Shown here: in pieces, positions 51,601 to 64,000 of the stretch | Layout: each line of letters begins with the position of its first letter | Numbering within the stretch: position 1 is the stretch's first letter | DNA from: Balanoglossus misakiensis | Lineage: Eukaryota > Animalia > Hemichordata | NCBI GenBank assembly: GCA_040954595.2 | Contig: CM082586.2 | Span: forward strand, 9,517,337 to 9,581,336 | DNA: 64,000 bases | Reading direction: 5' to 3' | Position numbers and translations under genes: made by a program | The notes under the pieces: model-generated | Told to the model about the DNA's origin: nothing | Database searches by the model: none | Seen by the model: the letters and a program-made list of their open reading frames with translations, nothing else

Positions 51601-54600
51601 ATAATTTTGGCAATGACCTTTGATCTACTATCCCATGCCTTGGCATGTACAGCAGATACAGCCTTCAAATTTGGTGGACTGCAACACCCAATAAAGTATT
51701 AAACTTTTACACAATAATTTTGTACATAATCTATTTCAAGTTAACCAATAGAGCTTAGAAATCTGGTTTTTTGTTTGACACTGATCAGTTTAAGATCAAA
51801 CATTTGTGTCACAATTTTGCGTGACCTCTGGCTTACTTTACCATTTCTTTGCATCCACAACAAAATCAAATCAAATCAATCAAGCAAAAAAGTTTATATA
51901 GCGCCAAAATCCAAAAAGAAATTTTGCCCAATGACGCTCACGGTTAAACCACACTGTATGCTCTTTCGAACATATGAGTTTTCATATGATTTTTTTAACA
52001 AAACATTCTTTGCTTTCTGTTGGAACCATGCTAACTGCTTGGGCCCATCCCATTTCTTCTTAATGGCGGCCATATTGGATATTATGATAACACTTAAAAA
52101 TTTACATCTTTTCAACAACTACAAGGCAAATCAAGTTCTAATTTACTGTGCGGTTTAATGTTTGACAATAATATCATAGTGGTCATGTCACTTTGGTTGC
52201 CATATTGGATTTTTGAAAAATCTCATGAAAAATTTCACAAATCTTTTCCTAATCACGTTTTCAAGTGAATTGTGATTGGTTTATCCTAATTAAAGCCAAA
52301 TCGGATTTTCTAAACACACGATTTAAAAAAAATCCTATTTCTAGCCTACCCAAATTCTTTTAATAGATATGAGTCACCACATGACCAGATTATATTACAA
52401 TTTTGGGGCAATTTTCGAATGTCCTTTGATCCATTTTTTCCAGAACTTAATTGTGCGTGGATATGCTTCTTGTCAAAAAGCACACCAGTCATGATTTTGT
52501 TCACAGGAGTTTTGCATCTATAACAGATGCAGCCTTTGCTTTCTGCTGCCAGGAAATAAACAAAATATTTAGAGGACTGAAACACCTAATGAAGTATTAA
52601 ACTTTAACACAATAATTATGTACATAAGCAATTTCAAGTTAACCAATAGAGCTGAGAAGTCTGTTTTCTGTTGGACACAGCTCAGTTTGATATCGAAATT
52701 TGTTGGCCCAAATTTGCGTGACCTCTCGCTTACTTACCATTTCTCAGCATCCATAACAGATACAGCCTTTGCTTTCTGTTCGAACCATGCTAACCGCTTT
52801 GGTCCCTCCAATGCTGCTTTTAGTATTAATTGTCTTCTTCATGGTGGCCATATTGGATTTTCGGATAACCTTTAAAACTTGACATTTTTTTTCAAAAAAT
52901 ACAGGGCCAATCAAGTTCTAATTTACTGTGCGGTTCAATGTTTGACAATAATAGTATCAGTAGTGGTCATGTGGCTTTGGATGCATAATTGGATTTTTGA
53001 AAAATATCATAAAACAAATCAAAAATCTATTTCTAATCAAGTTTTCAAGTAAATTGTGATTGGTTAAAACTAATTGGACCCATATTGGATTTTCTGATCT
53101 CCGATTAAAAACTAAAATTTCCTATTTCTAGCCTACTCATTGAAAGCACACAAATAATTTTTATGGATATGAGTCACCATATGACAAGAATATATTTCAA
53201 TTTGCTGGTGACTCTCGCATCTCCTTTGATACAGTAATTCCAGAACTAAATTTTATGTGGATATGCCTCTTGTTAAAAGCACAACAGTCATGATTTTGTT
53301 CACATTAGTACTACTGCTGCCAGGACATAACACATATATTTTGATAATTTTGGCAATTACCTTTGATGTACTTCCCCATAACTTGGCATGCACAGCAGAT
53401 ACATTCTTCAAATTTGGAGGACTTAAACACCTAATGAAGTTTAAACTTTAACACAATATTTATGTACATAAGCTTTTTCAAATTAACCAATAGAGTTAGA
53501 AGTCTGGCTTTTTGTTGGATACGGATCAGTGTGATATCAAATTTTGTTAGCACAATTTTGCATGACCTCTGACTTACTTAACCATTTCTCAGCATCCATA
53601 ACAGATACAGCCTTTGCTTTGTGTTGGAACCATGCTAACCACTTTGGCCCCTGCAATGCTGCATGTTGCTTTAATTGTCTCCTTCATGGTTACCATATAG
53701 GATATTCTGATAATCTATAAAAGTTGACTTTCTTCAAAACTGCAGGGCGAATCAAGTTCTAATTTACTGTTCACAAAGTTTGACAATAATATCATTAGTG
53801 GTCATGTGACTTTGGATGCCTTATTGGATTTTTGAAAATCTCATTAAAAAATCTCATTTATTTTTCCTAATCATGTTCTCAAGTGAATTGTGATTGGTTT
53901 AACCTTATTGGAGCCAAATTGAATTTTCTAAAATCCGATTAACAATTACATTTTCCTATTTCTTGCCTACTAATTGATAGCACACAACTATTTTTTATGG
54001 ATACGAGTCACCATATGACTAGAATACGTTACATTTTTTGGCAACTTTCACACATTCTCTAATCCATTTTTGTTCACTACTTAATTTTATGTGGATATGC
54101 CTCTTGTTAAAAAGCACAACAGTCATGATTTTGTTCACATGAGTACTACTGCTGCCAGGACATAACCCAAATCTTTTGATAACTTTGGCAATGACCTTTG
54201 ATCTACTATCCCATGCCTTGGAATGTACAGCAGATACAGCCTTCAAATTTTTAGGACTGGAATACCTAATGAAGTATTAAACGTTAACACAATAATTATG
54301 TACATAAGCAATTTCAAGTTAACCAATATAGCTTAGAAGTCTGGATTTTGTTGGACACTGATCAGTTTGATATCAAAATTTGTTGGCACAATTTTGCATG
54401 ACATCTGGCTTACTTTACCATTTCTCGGCATCTGCTACAGATACAGCCTTTGCTTTCTGTTGGAACCATGCTAACCACATTCGTCCCTCCAATGCTGCTT
54501 TTAGCTTTGTCTTCGTCATGGCAGCCATATTGGATTTTCTGATAACCTTTAAAAGTTGACTCTTTTCAAAAATTACAAGGCCAATAAAGTTCTAATTTAC

Positions 54601-55900
54601 TGTGCGGTTCCAATTTTTTCAATAATAATGTTAGTGGTCATGTGACTTTGGATTTATTATGGATTTTTGAAAAATCTCATTAAAAATGTCAAAAATCTTT
54701 TTCTACTTAAGTTTTCAAGTGAATTGTGATTAGTTCAACCTTATTGGATAAAACTTTTGTATGGATACGAGTCGCCATATGACCAGAATACATGTTTTTG
54801 ATCCAGTTTTCTCAGAACTTGATTATACAAAATTTTGACAACTACACATGTCCTTTGATCCAGTGTTTTCTGAACTTAATTGTATGTGGATACGATTCTT
54901 GTTAAAAAGCACAACAGTCATGATTTTGTTTACATGAGTACTGCTGCTGCCGGAACATAACCTTATTTTTTGATAATTTTGGCAATGACCTTTGATCTAC
55001 GTTCCCATAACCTGGCATGCACAGCAGATGCATGTTTCAAATTTAGAGGACTGGAACACCTAATGAAGTACTTTACCATTTCTTGGCATCCACAACAGAT
55101 ACAGCCTTTGCTTTCTTTTGAAACCATGCTAACCAGTTTAGCCCCTGCAATGCTGCTTGTAAGTTTAATTGTCTTCTTCATGACGGCCATATTGGATTTT
55201 CTGATAATTTCTACAAGTTGACATATTTTTTCAAAACTGCAGGGCAAATCAATTACTAATTGACTGTCCGATTCAAAGTTTGACAATAATATCATTAGTG
55301 GTCATGTGACTTTTGATGCCTTATTGGATTTTTGAAAATCTCATTATAATTGTCATTTTGTTATCTAATCATGTTTTCAAGTGAATTTTGATTGGTTAAA
55401 TCTCATTGGAGCCAAATTAGATTTTCTAAACTCCGATTAAGAACTAAATTTTCCTATTTTTAGTCTATGCATTGATTGCATACAAATTCCTTTAATGGAT
55501 ACGAGTCACCATACGACTAGAATATGTTACAATTTTTTGGCAACTTTCACATGTCCTTTGATCCAACCTTTTTCAACACCTAATAATACAAATTTTTGGC
55601 AACTTTCATTTGTTCTTTGATCCAGATCTTTCAGAACTTAATTAAAGCTTATTGAAGCCAAATTGGATTTTATGAATTCTGATTAAAAACTAAAATTTCC
55701 TTTTTCTGGGCTACTCATTGATTGCACACCAATTCTTTTTATAGATACGAGTCTTCATATGACCAGAATACATTGCATTTTTTTGGCAACTTTCGCATGT
55801 ATTTTGATCTAGTTTTTTTCAGAACTTAATTATTCGTGGATGTGCCTCTTGTTGAAAAGCACAACAGTGATGATTTTTGTCACATTACTGCTGCCAGGAC
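44760..55900 (+). repeat. ~890-bp tandem array (variable, partly deleted units), derived from a Helentron-like element
   Basis: Track ORFs 50068 and 50958 are exactly 890 bp apart, with related copies at 45619 and 52618. Each unit contains CCCTCCAATGCTGCTTTTAG.. and GGCGGCCATATTGGATTT. Confidence 0.88.
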
Positions 55901-56674
55901 ATATTTTGGCATTGAACTTCGTTCTACATTTGGCACCTGTATTCTTTTCTGAATATCTTATTGCGGCAAGACTAGTAGCACTAGAGGTTTGGTTTTTGAT
56001 GTATATGGACAAGTATGGGACTTAGGTATTTTTGTTACATTTGGAATCCACTGGACCAATGTTGACCTTATTAAATATGTGCATATCTAATGCTGAGCTT
56101 ACCCATATTGTTACAGGTTGAATTTTTTATGAACATGCTCTACTTTTGGACTTAATTTTTTTGCTGAATTTCTTGACCAATGATAATCTTATAAATATGT
56201 GCTTACGTAATTGTAGACTAGACAATGAAGCTTTGAGTCTGGGTTTCCTTGAACATAGACCACTATGCAATCAAAATTTTTTCTGACATTTTTGATGGCT
56301 TTGGTTTTGGACATTTTTGATGGACCTATTTTTCCATGCCTTGGCATGCACAGCAGATAACGTCTTACAATTTTGAAGGCTGGAACACCTAATAACCAGG
56401 TTAACCAATAGAGCCAGAAGTCTTGTTTTTCATTTTACACTGATCATTTTGGAAGAAAAATTTGGTGACAATTTTGGGTGAGCTCTTGGTGACCTTTGAT
56501 CAACTTTCCTATAAACATAGCAGATGTAGCATTGGCACTCTCTGGTATCCATAGGAACTGCTTAGACCTAGCCAATGTTGGTCGCACCTTATTTTTTTTA
56601 TTAATTGACCATATGTACCCCTTGACCCTCAGTTTGTTGGGTTGGGCTGGCTTGCCACATTAATGCTATAATAA

Positions 56675-58058
56675 GGGGCACAAGCCAGGCGAGGTAGATC
56701 TGGAAAACCGCAGCACCTACAGGGCTGAAACTTGGTAGGGTGATAGGGGCCAATGAGTAGACCTAGAGTGGCCGTGAATATTTAATTAGTCACGTGACCT
56801 GGCGGCCATATTAGATTTTCCGAAAACCGTTAAATGACTCCTTCTCAAAAACTACTGGGCCAATCGAGTTCAAATTTTGTGTGCAGGTAGCCTACCTTCT
56901 GTCCATCATTTTACCCCATTGAAATCATGATGTCAAATATAAAGTTTTTTTGCTACAATTTCTTTTCTGAAAAACTACTTAAAACTTTTAAAATCTTCTT
57001 CTCCAGAAGCAGTGATCGCCGAGTTATGGGATTCGGGGTATGCAGTCACCTAACCTATGTCTTTCAAGTTTGCGAAGTGCACTGTGATTGGTCGATCATT
57101 ATGGCGGCCATATTGGATTTCCTGAAAACCATTGAAAAATGTAAATTCCGTTCTATAGCCAAAATGTTGACACCAAGGAAATTATTTTTGTGGATATAAG
57201 TCATCATATGACCGGAACTTGTCACAATTTTGGGGGGCAATTTTCACATGACCTTTGACCCAGTTTTAAACCAACTAATTATATATGCATATTCCCCATA
57301 CCTCCTCTTTTAAAAGCACTACAGTCATGAATTTTGTGGACATGGGTACCAATGCTGTCAGGACATGACACAAATATTTTGGCAATGACCTTTGACCTAT
57401 TTCTGAAACATCATTTTTCTGCATATCTAAATCCAGGCTAACCAATAGGGCTCCAGGTCTGGTTTTTGTTGGACATGGCCCACTATGGGGTCAAACTTTT
57501 ATGCCCAAATTTTGGGTGACCTTTGACCTACTTTCCCATATCTCAGCTTCCAGAGCAGTTACAGCCCTGGCTATTGGGGGATTGACCACCTAATAGAGTC
57601 TTACACAATACCTCATTAATTATGTGCATATCTTATTCCAAGCTAACCAACAGGGCTAGATGTTTGGTTTTTGTTGTATAAGGACATATGTGGTGTCAAA
57701 ATTTTTGCTCAAATTTTGGTGACCTCAGGTGACCTTTGACCTTCTTCCCTATATCTCGGCATCCAGACAGGATAGAGCCTTGGCTTTTGGAGGGATTGAA
57801 CACCTTTTGGGGTCTTTTATGTTACCTCATTAATTATGCACATATCTAATTCCAGGCTAACCAATAGGGCTAGAGGTTTGGTTTTTGTTGGTCATGGACA
57901 AGTATGGTGTCAAAATGTTTCACCCAAATTTGGGTGAACTCAGGTGACCTTTGACCTACTTTCCCATATCTTGGTATCCACAGCAGATACAGCTTTGGGA
58001 TTCGCTGGTTACCATGGGAACCGTTTGTGCCCCACCAACGCTGCTTGCAGCTTTAATT
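56675..58058 (+). mobile_element. Helentron/HINE-like non-autonomous element, putative relative of the 890-bp satellite unit
   Basis: Contains GGCGGCCATATT, AAAACTACTGGGCCAATCGAGTTC, internal TGACCTTTGACC repeats and the 3' end GCCCCACCAACGCTGCTTGCAGCTTTAATT. Confidence 0.45.
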
Positions 58059-58204
58059 ATCATTGATTTCATGTATTTAATTCTTTCATTCTTTTTTCTT
58101 CTGTAGGTCCCACCGGTACTCTTCTTCTTCTCTCTCTCTTCCTTTCTTTCTTTCTTTTTTCTCTCTTCTCTTCTTTTTTTCCCTGTAGGCCCCAATGGTA
58201 ACAC

Positions 58205-58745
58205 CATAATCAACCTACTAACGTAAAATTTGATGGATGGGTGGAGCGGAGTGTCAACCATAGTCAACCTACTAATATAAACTTTGATGGATGGATGGAG
58301 CGGAGCGTCAACCATAGTCAACCTACTAATATTAAACTTTGATGGATGGATGGAGCGGAGCGTCAACCATAGTCAACCTACTAAATATAAACTTTGATGG
58401 ATGGATGGGGCGGAGCGTCAACCATAGTCAACCTGCTGAAATATAAACTTTGATGGATGGATGGTGCCATGGAGCGTCAACTTAAACGATGGAGAAGTGG
58501 AAGGATGGAGAAGAAGAGTTTTTTTTCTCTTTTTTCTCTTTTTTTTCCTGTAGGGCTCACTGGTAACACCATAATCAACCTACTAACGTAAAATTTGATG
58601 GATGGATGGATGGAGCGGAGTGTCAACCATAGTCAACCTACTAATATTAAACTTTGATGGATGGATGGTGCGGACCGTCAACCATAGTCAACCTGCTGAA
58701 ATATAAACTTTGGTGGATGGATGGTGCCGTGGAGCGTCAACTTAA
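58205..58745 (+). repeat. ~55-bp minisatellite in two duplicated blocks
   Basis: Unit CAACCATAGTCAACCTACTAATATAAACTTTGATGGATGGATGGAGCGGAGCGT; five copies, then three. Confidence 0.9.
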
Positions 58746-60586
58746 AGGATGGAGATGTGGAAGGATGGAGAAGTGGAGTTTCAACATAATAAACCTATTG
58801 ACCGAAATTATGAGGTAGAGTTATATAGGAGTACAAAACGAAGTGATCGTAATATAAAACTTAATAGTCCAATAAATCAGGTTAATAATTGGTAGTGATT
58901 ACTTATGCTAAAATGAGGTTAACAGCAATGGCTTTGTGCAGGGTATGATAATAGGTTCATAAATGTGTATGGTATAATAAAGGCGAACAAATATGAATGG
59001 TTTAATAAAAGGGTTACAAATGTGATGATGGCTTATGGTAAAATTTGAGTGTACACAGGTTATACAGGGGTAACAGTGGTTTTTTGGATGAAGGGAATGA
59101 TAATAGGGTAACAAATGTGACTGGTATAAAAGGTATAATAATGAGTTTATAATATGATGATGACTTGTGTACACAGGTTATAATGGGTATATGAATGAGA
59201 AGGGTATAATAAATGGTGATAACTGTGTCGGGTTTAATAAAGGTAACAATCATGGAAGGGTATAATAACGATTAATAATTGCGGTGATGGCTTATGGTGA
59301 TATTAAGTATACAAGGGTGTTAATATTGATGATGATGACAGAGGTATAATAATGATATAACATTAAATAAGTGTCCAGGGTCTAATAATCATGTTGGTTC
59401 ATTAATTGGTTAATGTGTATGTTTTATGAATAACATGCTATTATTTCTCAGATAGATAATACTCGTCAGCATCGTTATTCGGTGGAATTTCTCGCAACGG
59501 TACCCGTGATCGTATTCGCGCATGAACACATTGTACGCGACAGACAGGCAGAACATGTTAGGTTAGCTAAACCTCCCCACCCCATCCAAATTCCAAATTT
59601 AGCTTAGATCATGGGGTGAGAGGAGGAGAGGACAGTTTTTTTTTCCTCTTTTGTAACTGGTCTGAGGTTTTTAACTGCCCTTTAGGCGCGTAAATTAGAT
59701 ATGTAATCATACAAGTAGTTATCTTGCTTTATTTGAAAACAATTATGATAGAGCTCTGCGAGATTATGTACACGATAGTGTGTTATATAATGCTAAGGTA
59801 AAAGTAAACTTAACCCACTAACCCATCACTCTATTGTGTGCATAATTTGCAGATGCTATTTTGACTGGCCCATTGTCACAGTTCAACCACATGACACCTT
59901 GTTTCAAAAAGAGCAGAAACTATTTGTGTTAATTTCTTTCAGGTTAACTACATGACACATTGTTTCAAATTGGCCTGCAAGATTTACAACTTGAACCTCC
60001 ACCCCCCTCCAGCCCCCCCCCCCCCAAAAAAAAATAAAAATAAAAAATTAGGGATTAATCAATCGCTATATTATGAACATTCACATGAAAATTATGCAAC
60101 CAAATTAGAGGTATTCTGGAGGCGTCTTCTGATGTCAGGTGGTTCAAATCCACCAATACCTAAGCTGGAAACATAACTTTTCATTGGTGTTCATATATGG
60201 CAAATAAAACATGCATATTCATATTCTCAAATTTCAGAAATGAACAAATTGAAGTAGATTCTTTTCGATATGCCTTTATAAACCAACTTTAATCCTATTT
60301 TACCCACTTTACTCAAAATGTTGTGTTTAAATTGCCCACAAGTAAGTCTTTTCTTATCTGCATATATTCATAATGTTTTCCGCAAAGTGTACAACTGCAT
60401 GTGTTGTGATCAGTATTGTGACATCTAAGAAGAACGGGAACTGGTCAGAGAACTGGGATATGGGAGCTGACAAACTGAGTTGTTGGAAATTCAAAGAGAC
60501 TAATTTGCACTTTTCCACATTTTCTTGAAATCTGACTAGGAGCTAAACAAGGCACCATACAGAAAGGTCATTCTGTCACATAGTCA

Positions 60587-60621
60587 TAGTCCAGTGGTTA
60601 GAGGATCATGGGTTCGAACCC
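60587..60621 (+). promoter_or_regulatory. tRNA/SINE-like A-box and B-box remnant
   Basis: TAGTCCAGTGG (A box) and GGTTCGAACCC (B box) with an abnormally short 13-nt spacer. Confidence 0.4.
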
Positions 60622-60624
60622 TGT

Positions 60625-63600
60625 CACTTTGACATGGGTATAAAATGTGTATAGGGGGATTTAAAGTTGTCAGTAAATCCCTGGGTTAATACGTGGCGGA
60701 AAGCACTGTACTTTGACATTGCTAATGCAACGATGACATTGAATGGGATTCTTTGCATTAGGGCAAATGGCGAAGCAAGCTCAATGATGCATCAGAGTAG
60801 ACGGTGATGCAAGCTCTGCACTTTCACATGGGTATTTAATGTTAAATGTAAATCCATAGGTTAATACGTGGCCAAAAGCACTCTATTTTGACATTGTTAA
60901 TGAAACGATGACATTGAATCTGATTCTTTGCATCAGGGCAAATGGCGAAGCAAGGTTGATGATGCATCAGGGTAGATAGTGATGCAATCACTTCACTTTG
61001 ACATGGGTATTAAATGCATATGGGGATTTCAAGTTGATGATAAATCCCTGGGTTAATACGTGTCCAAAAGCACTGTACTTTGACATTGCTAATGCAACGA
61101 TGACATTGAATCAGATTCTTTGCATCAGGGTAAATGGCGAAGCAAGGTTGATGATGCATCAGGGTAGATAGTGATGCAAGCTCTGCACTTTGACATGGGT
61201 ATAAAATGCCTACAGGGGGATTTAAAGTTGTCTGTAAATCCCTGGGTTAATACGTGGCGGAAAGCACTGTACTTTGACATTGCTAATGCAACGATGACAT
61301 TGAATGGGATTCTTTGCATTAGGGCAAATGGCGAAGCAAGCTCAATGATGCATCAGAGTAGACGGTGATGCAAGCTCTGCACTTTCACATGGGTATTTAA
61401 TGTTAAATGTAAATCCATAGGTTAATACGTGGCCAAAAGCACTCTATTTTGACATTGTTAATGAAACGATGACATTGAATCTGATTCTTTGCATCAGGGC
61501 AAATGGCGAAGCAAGGTTGATGATGCATCAGGGTAGATAGTGATGCAATCACTTCACTTTGACATGGGTATTAAATGCATATGGGGATTTCAAGTTGATG
61601 ATAAATCCCTGGGTTAATACGTGTCCAAAAGCACTGTACTTTGACATTGCTAATGCAACGATGACATTGAATCAGATTCTTTGCATCAGGGTAAATGGCG
61701 AAGCAAGGTTGATAATGCATCAGGGTAGATAGTGATGCAAGCTCTGCACTTTGACATGGGTATAAAATGCCTACAGGGGGATTTAAAGTTGTCTGTAAAT
61801 CCCTGGGTTAATACGTGTCCAAAAGCACTGTACTTTGACATTGCTAATGCAACGATGACATTGAATCTGATTCTTTGCATCAGGGTAAATGGCGAAGCAA
61901 GGTTGATGATGCATCAGGGTAGATAGTGATGCAAGCTCTGCACTTTGACATGGGTATAAAATGCCTACAAGGGGATTTAAAGTTGTCTGTAAATCCCTGG
62001 GTTAATACGTGGCGGAAAGCACTGTACTTTGACATTGCATATGCAATGGTGACATTGAATGGGATTCTTTGCATTAGGGCAAATGGCGAAGCAAGCTCAA
62101 TGATGCATCAGAGTAGATGGTGATGCAAACTCTGCACTTTCACATGGGTATTTAATGTTAAATGTAAATCCATAGGTTAATACGTGGCCAAAAGCACTCT
62201 AATTTGACATTGCTAATGCAACGATGACATTGAATCTGATTCTTTGCATCAGGGCAAATGGCGGTGCAAGGTTGATGATGCATCAGGGTAGATAGTGATG
62301 CAAGCTCTGCACTTTGACATGGGTATAAAATGCCTACAGGGGGATTTAAAGTTGTCTGTAAATCCCTGGGTTAATACGTGGCGGAAAGCACTGTACTTTG
62401 ACATTGCATATGCAATGGTGACATTGAATGGGATTCTTTGCATTAGGGCAAATGGCGAAGCAAGCTCAATGATGCATCAGAGTAGATGGTGATGCAAACT
62501 CTGCACTTTAACATGGGTATTGAATGTTAACTGTAAATCCATAGGTTAATACGTGGCCAAAAGCACTCTAATTTGACATTGCTAATGCAACGATGACTTT
62601 GAATCTGATTCTTTGCATCAGGGCAAATGGCGAAGCAAGGTTGATGATGCATCAGGGTAGATAGTGATGCAATCACTTAACTTTGACATGGGTATTAAAT
62701 GCATATGGGGATTTCAAGTTGATGATAAATCCCTGGGTTAATACGTGTCCAAAAGCACTGTACTTTGACATTGCTAATGTAACGATGACATTGAATCTGT
62801 TTCTTTGCATCAGGGTAAATGGCGTAGCAAGCTTTATATTGCATCAGGGTAGATAGTGATGTAAACACTTCACTTTGACATGGGTATTAAATGCATATGG
62901 GGATTTCAAGTTGATGATAAATCCCTGGGTTAATACGTGTCCAAAAGCACTGTACTTTGACATTGCTAATGCAACGATGACATTGAGTCTGATTCTTTGC
63001 ATCAGGGTAAATGGCGAAGCAAGGTTGATGATGCATCAGGGTAGATAGTGATGCAATCACTTCACTTTGACATGGGTATTAAATGCATATGGGGATTTCA
63101 AGTTGATGATAAATCCCTGGGTTAATACGTGTCCAAAAGCACTGTACTTTGACATTGCTAATGCAACGATGACATTGAATCTGATTCTTTGCATCAGGGT
63201 AAATGGCGTAGCAAGCTTTATGATGCATCAGGGTAGATAGTGATGCAAACACTTAACTTTGACATGGGTATTAAATGCATATGGGGATTTCAGGTTGTTG
63301 AAAAATCTGTGGGTTAATACGTGTCCAAAAGCACTGTACTTTGACATTGCTAATGCAACGATAACATTGAATCTGATTCTTTGCATCAGGGTAAATGGCG
63401 TAGCAAGCTTTATGATGCATCAGGGTAGATAGTGATGCAATCACTTAACTTTGACATGGGTATTAAATGCATATGGGGATTTCAAGTTGATGATAAATCC
63501 CTGGGTTAATACGTGTCCAAAAGCACTGTACTTTGACATTGCTAATGTAACGATGACATTGAATCTGTTTCTTTGCATCAGGGTAAATGGCGTAGCAAGC

Positions 63601-64000
63601 TTTATATTGCATCAGGGTAGATAGTGATGCAAACACTTCACTTTGACATGGGTATTAAATGCATATGGGGATTTCAAGTTGATGATAAATCCCTGGGTTA
63701 ATACGTGTCCAAAAGCACTGTACTTTGACATTGCTAATGCAACGATGACATTGAGTCTGATTCTTTGCATCAGGGCAAATGGCGAAGCAAGGTTGATGAT
63801 GCATCAGGGTAGATAGTGATGCAATCACTTCACTTTGACATGGGTATTAAATGCATATGGGGATTTCAAGTTGATGATAAATCCCTGGGTTAATACGTGT
63901 CCAAAAGCACTGTACTTTGACATTGCTAATGCAACGATGACATTGAATCTGATTCTTTGCATCAGGGTAAATGGCGTAGCAAGCTTTATGATGCATCAGG
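60625..64000 (+). repeat. Satellite DNA with monomers of 194/175/192 bp and higher-order repeats; runs off the window end
   Basis: Monomer starts (CACTTTGACATGGG or variants) at 60625, 60819, 60994, 61186, 61380, 61555, 61747, 61941, 62135, 62310, 62504, 62679, then every 192 bp. Confidence 0.96.

Noticed and set aside
58205-58745. CRISPR-like repeat-spacer pattern
   Set aside because: The entire ~55-bp unit repeats with no variable spacers, and no cas genes are present.
60580-60625. Functional tRNA gene
   Set aside because: The anticodon arm is missing and there is no acceptor stem; only A/B-box remnants remain.
60625-64000. CRISPR-like array or repeated small genes (MMQALHFD..., MQRIPFNV... 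ORFs)
   Set aside because: There are no unique spacers; whole monomers repeat and the context is eukaryotic. The ORFs are by-products of the satellite.

Overview
Eukaryotic (animal, most likely marine invertebrate) genomic DNA: AT-rich, with GT-AG introns and many repeats; no prokaryotic features. 1-28.3 kb is a mosaic tandem duplication carrying 8 phase-1/phase-1 calcium-binding EGF exons (4 types x 2 copies; three copies are broken). A near-intact DIRS1-like tyrosine-recombinase retrotransposon sits at 2175-7833 with ITRs, an ICR, gag, RT/RNaseH/methyltransferase-like and YR reading frames, and its empty site is visible in the paralogous copy. A 6.5-kb nested transposon cluster lies at 17229-23716, alongside several MITEs, hairpin (Crypton-like) elements and LINE fragments. 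28.4-33.3 kb holds three Gln-rich exons that look like a degenerate 3' fragment of MED25. 41.6-58 kb is long-period tandem arrays (~1.4 kb and ~890 bp units, the latter apparently from a Helentron-like element). The window ends with a ~55-bp minisatellite and a 175-194 bp satellite with higher-order structure. Most short ORFs in the supplied track are spurious. I found no clearly new biological system. The most informative items are the DIRS integration geometry and dual-coding frame, the nested 8-bp-TSD element with a THAP-like remnant, the MED25-like fragment and the satellite higher-order structure. Family assignments come from motif recognition only; no searches were run.
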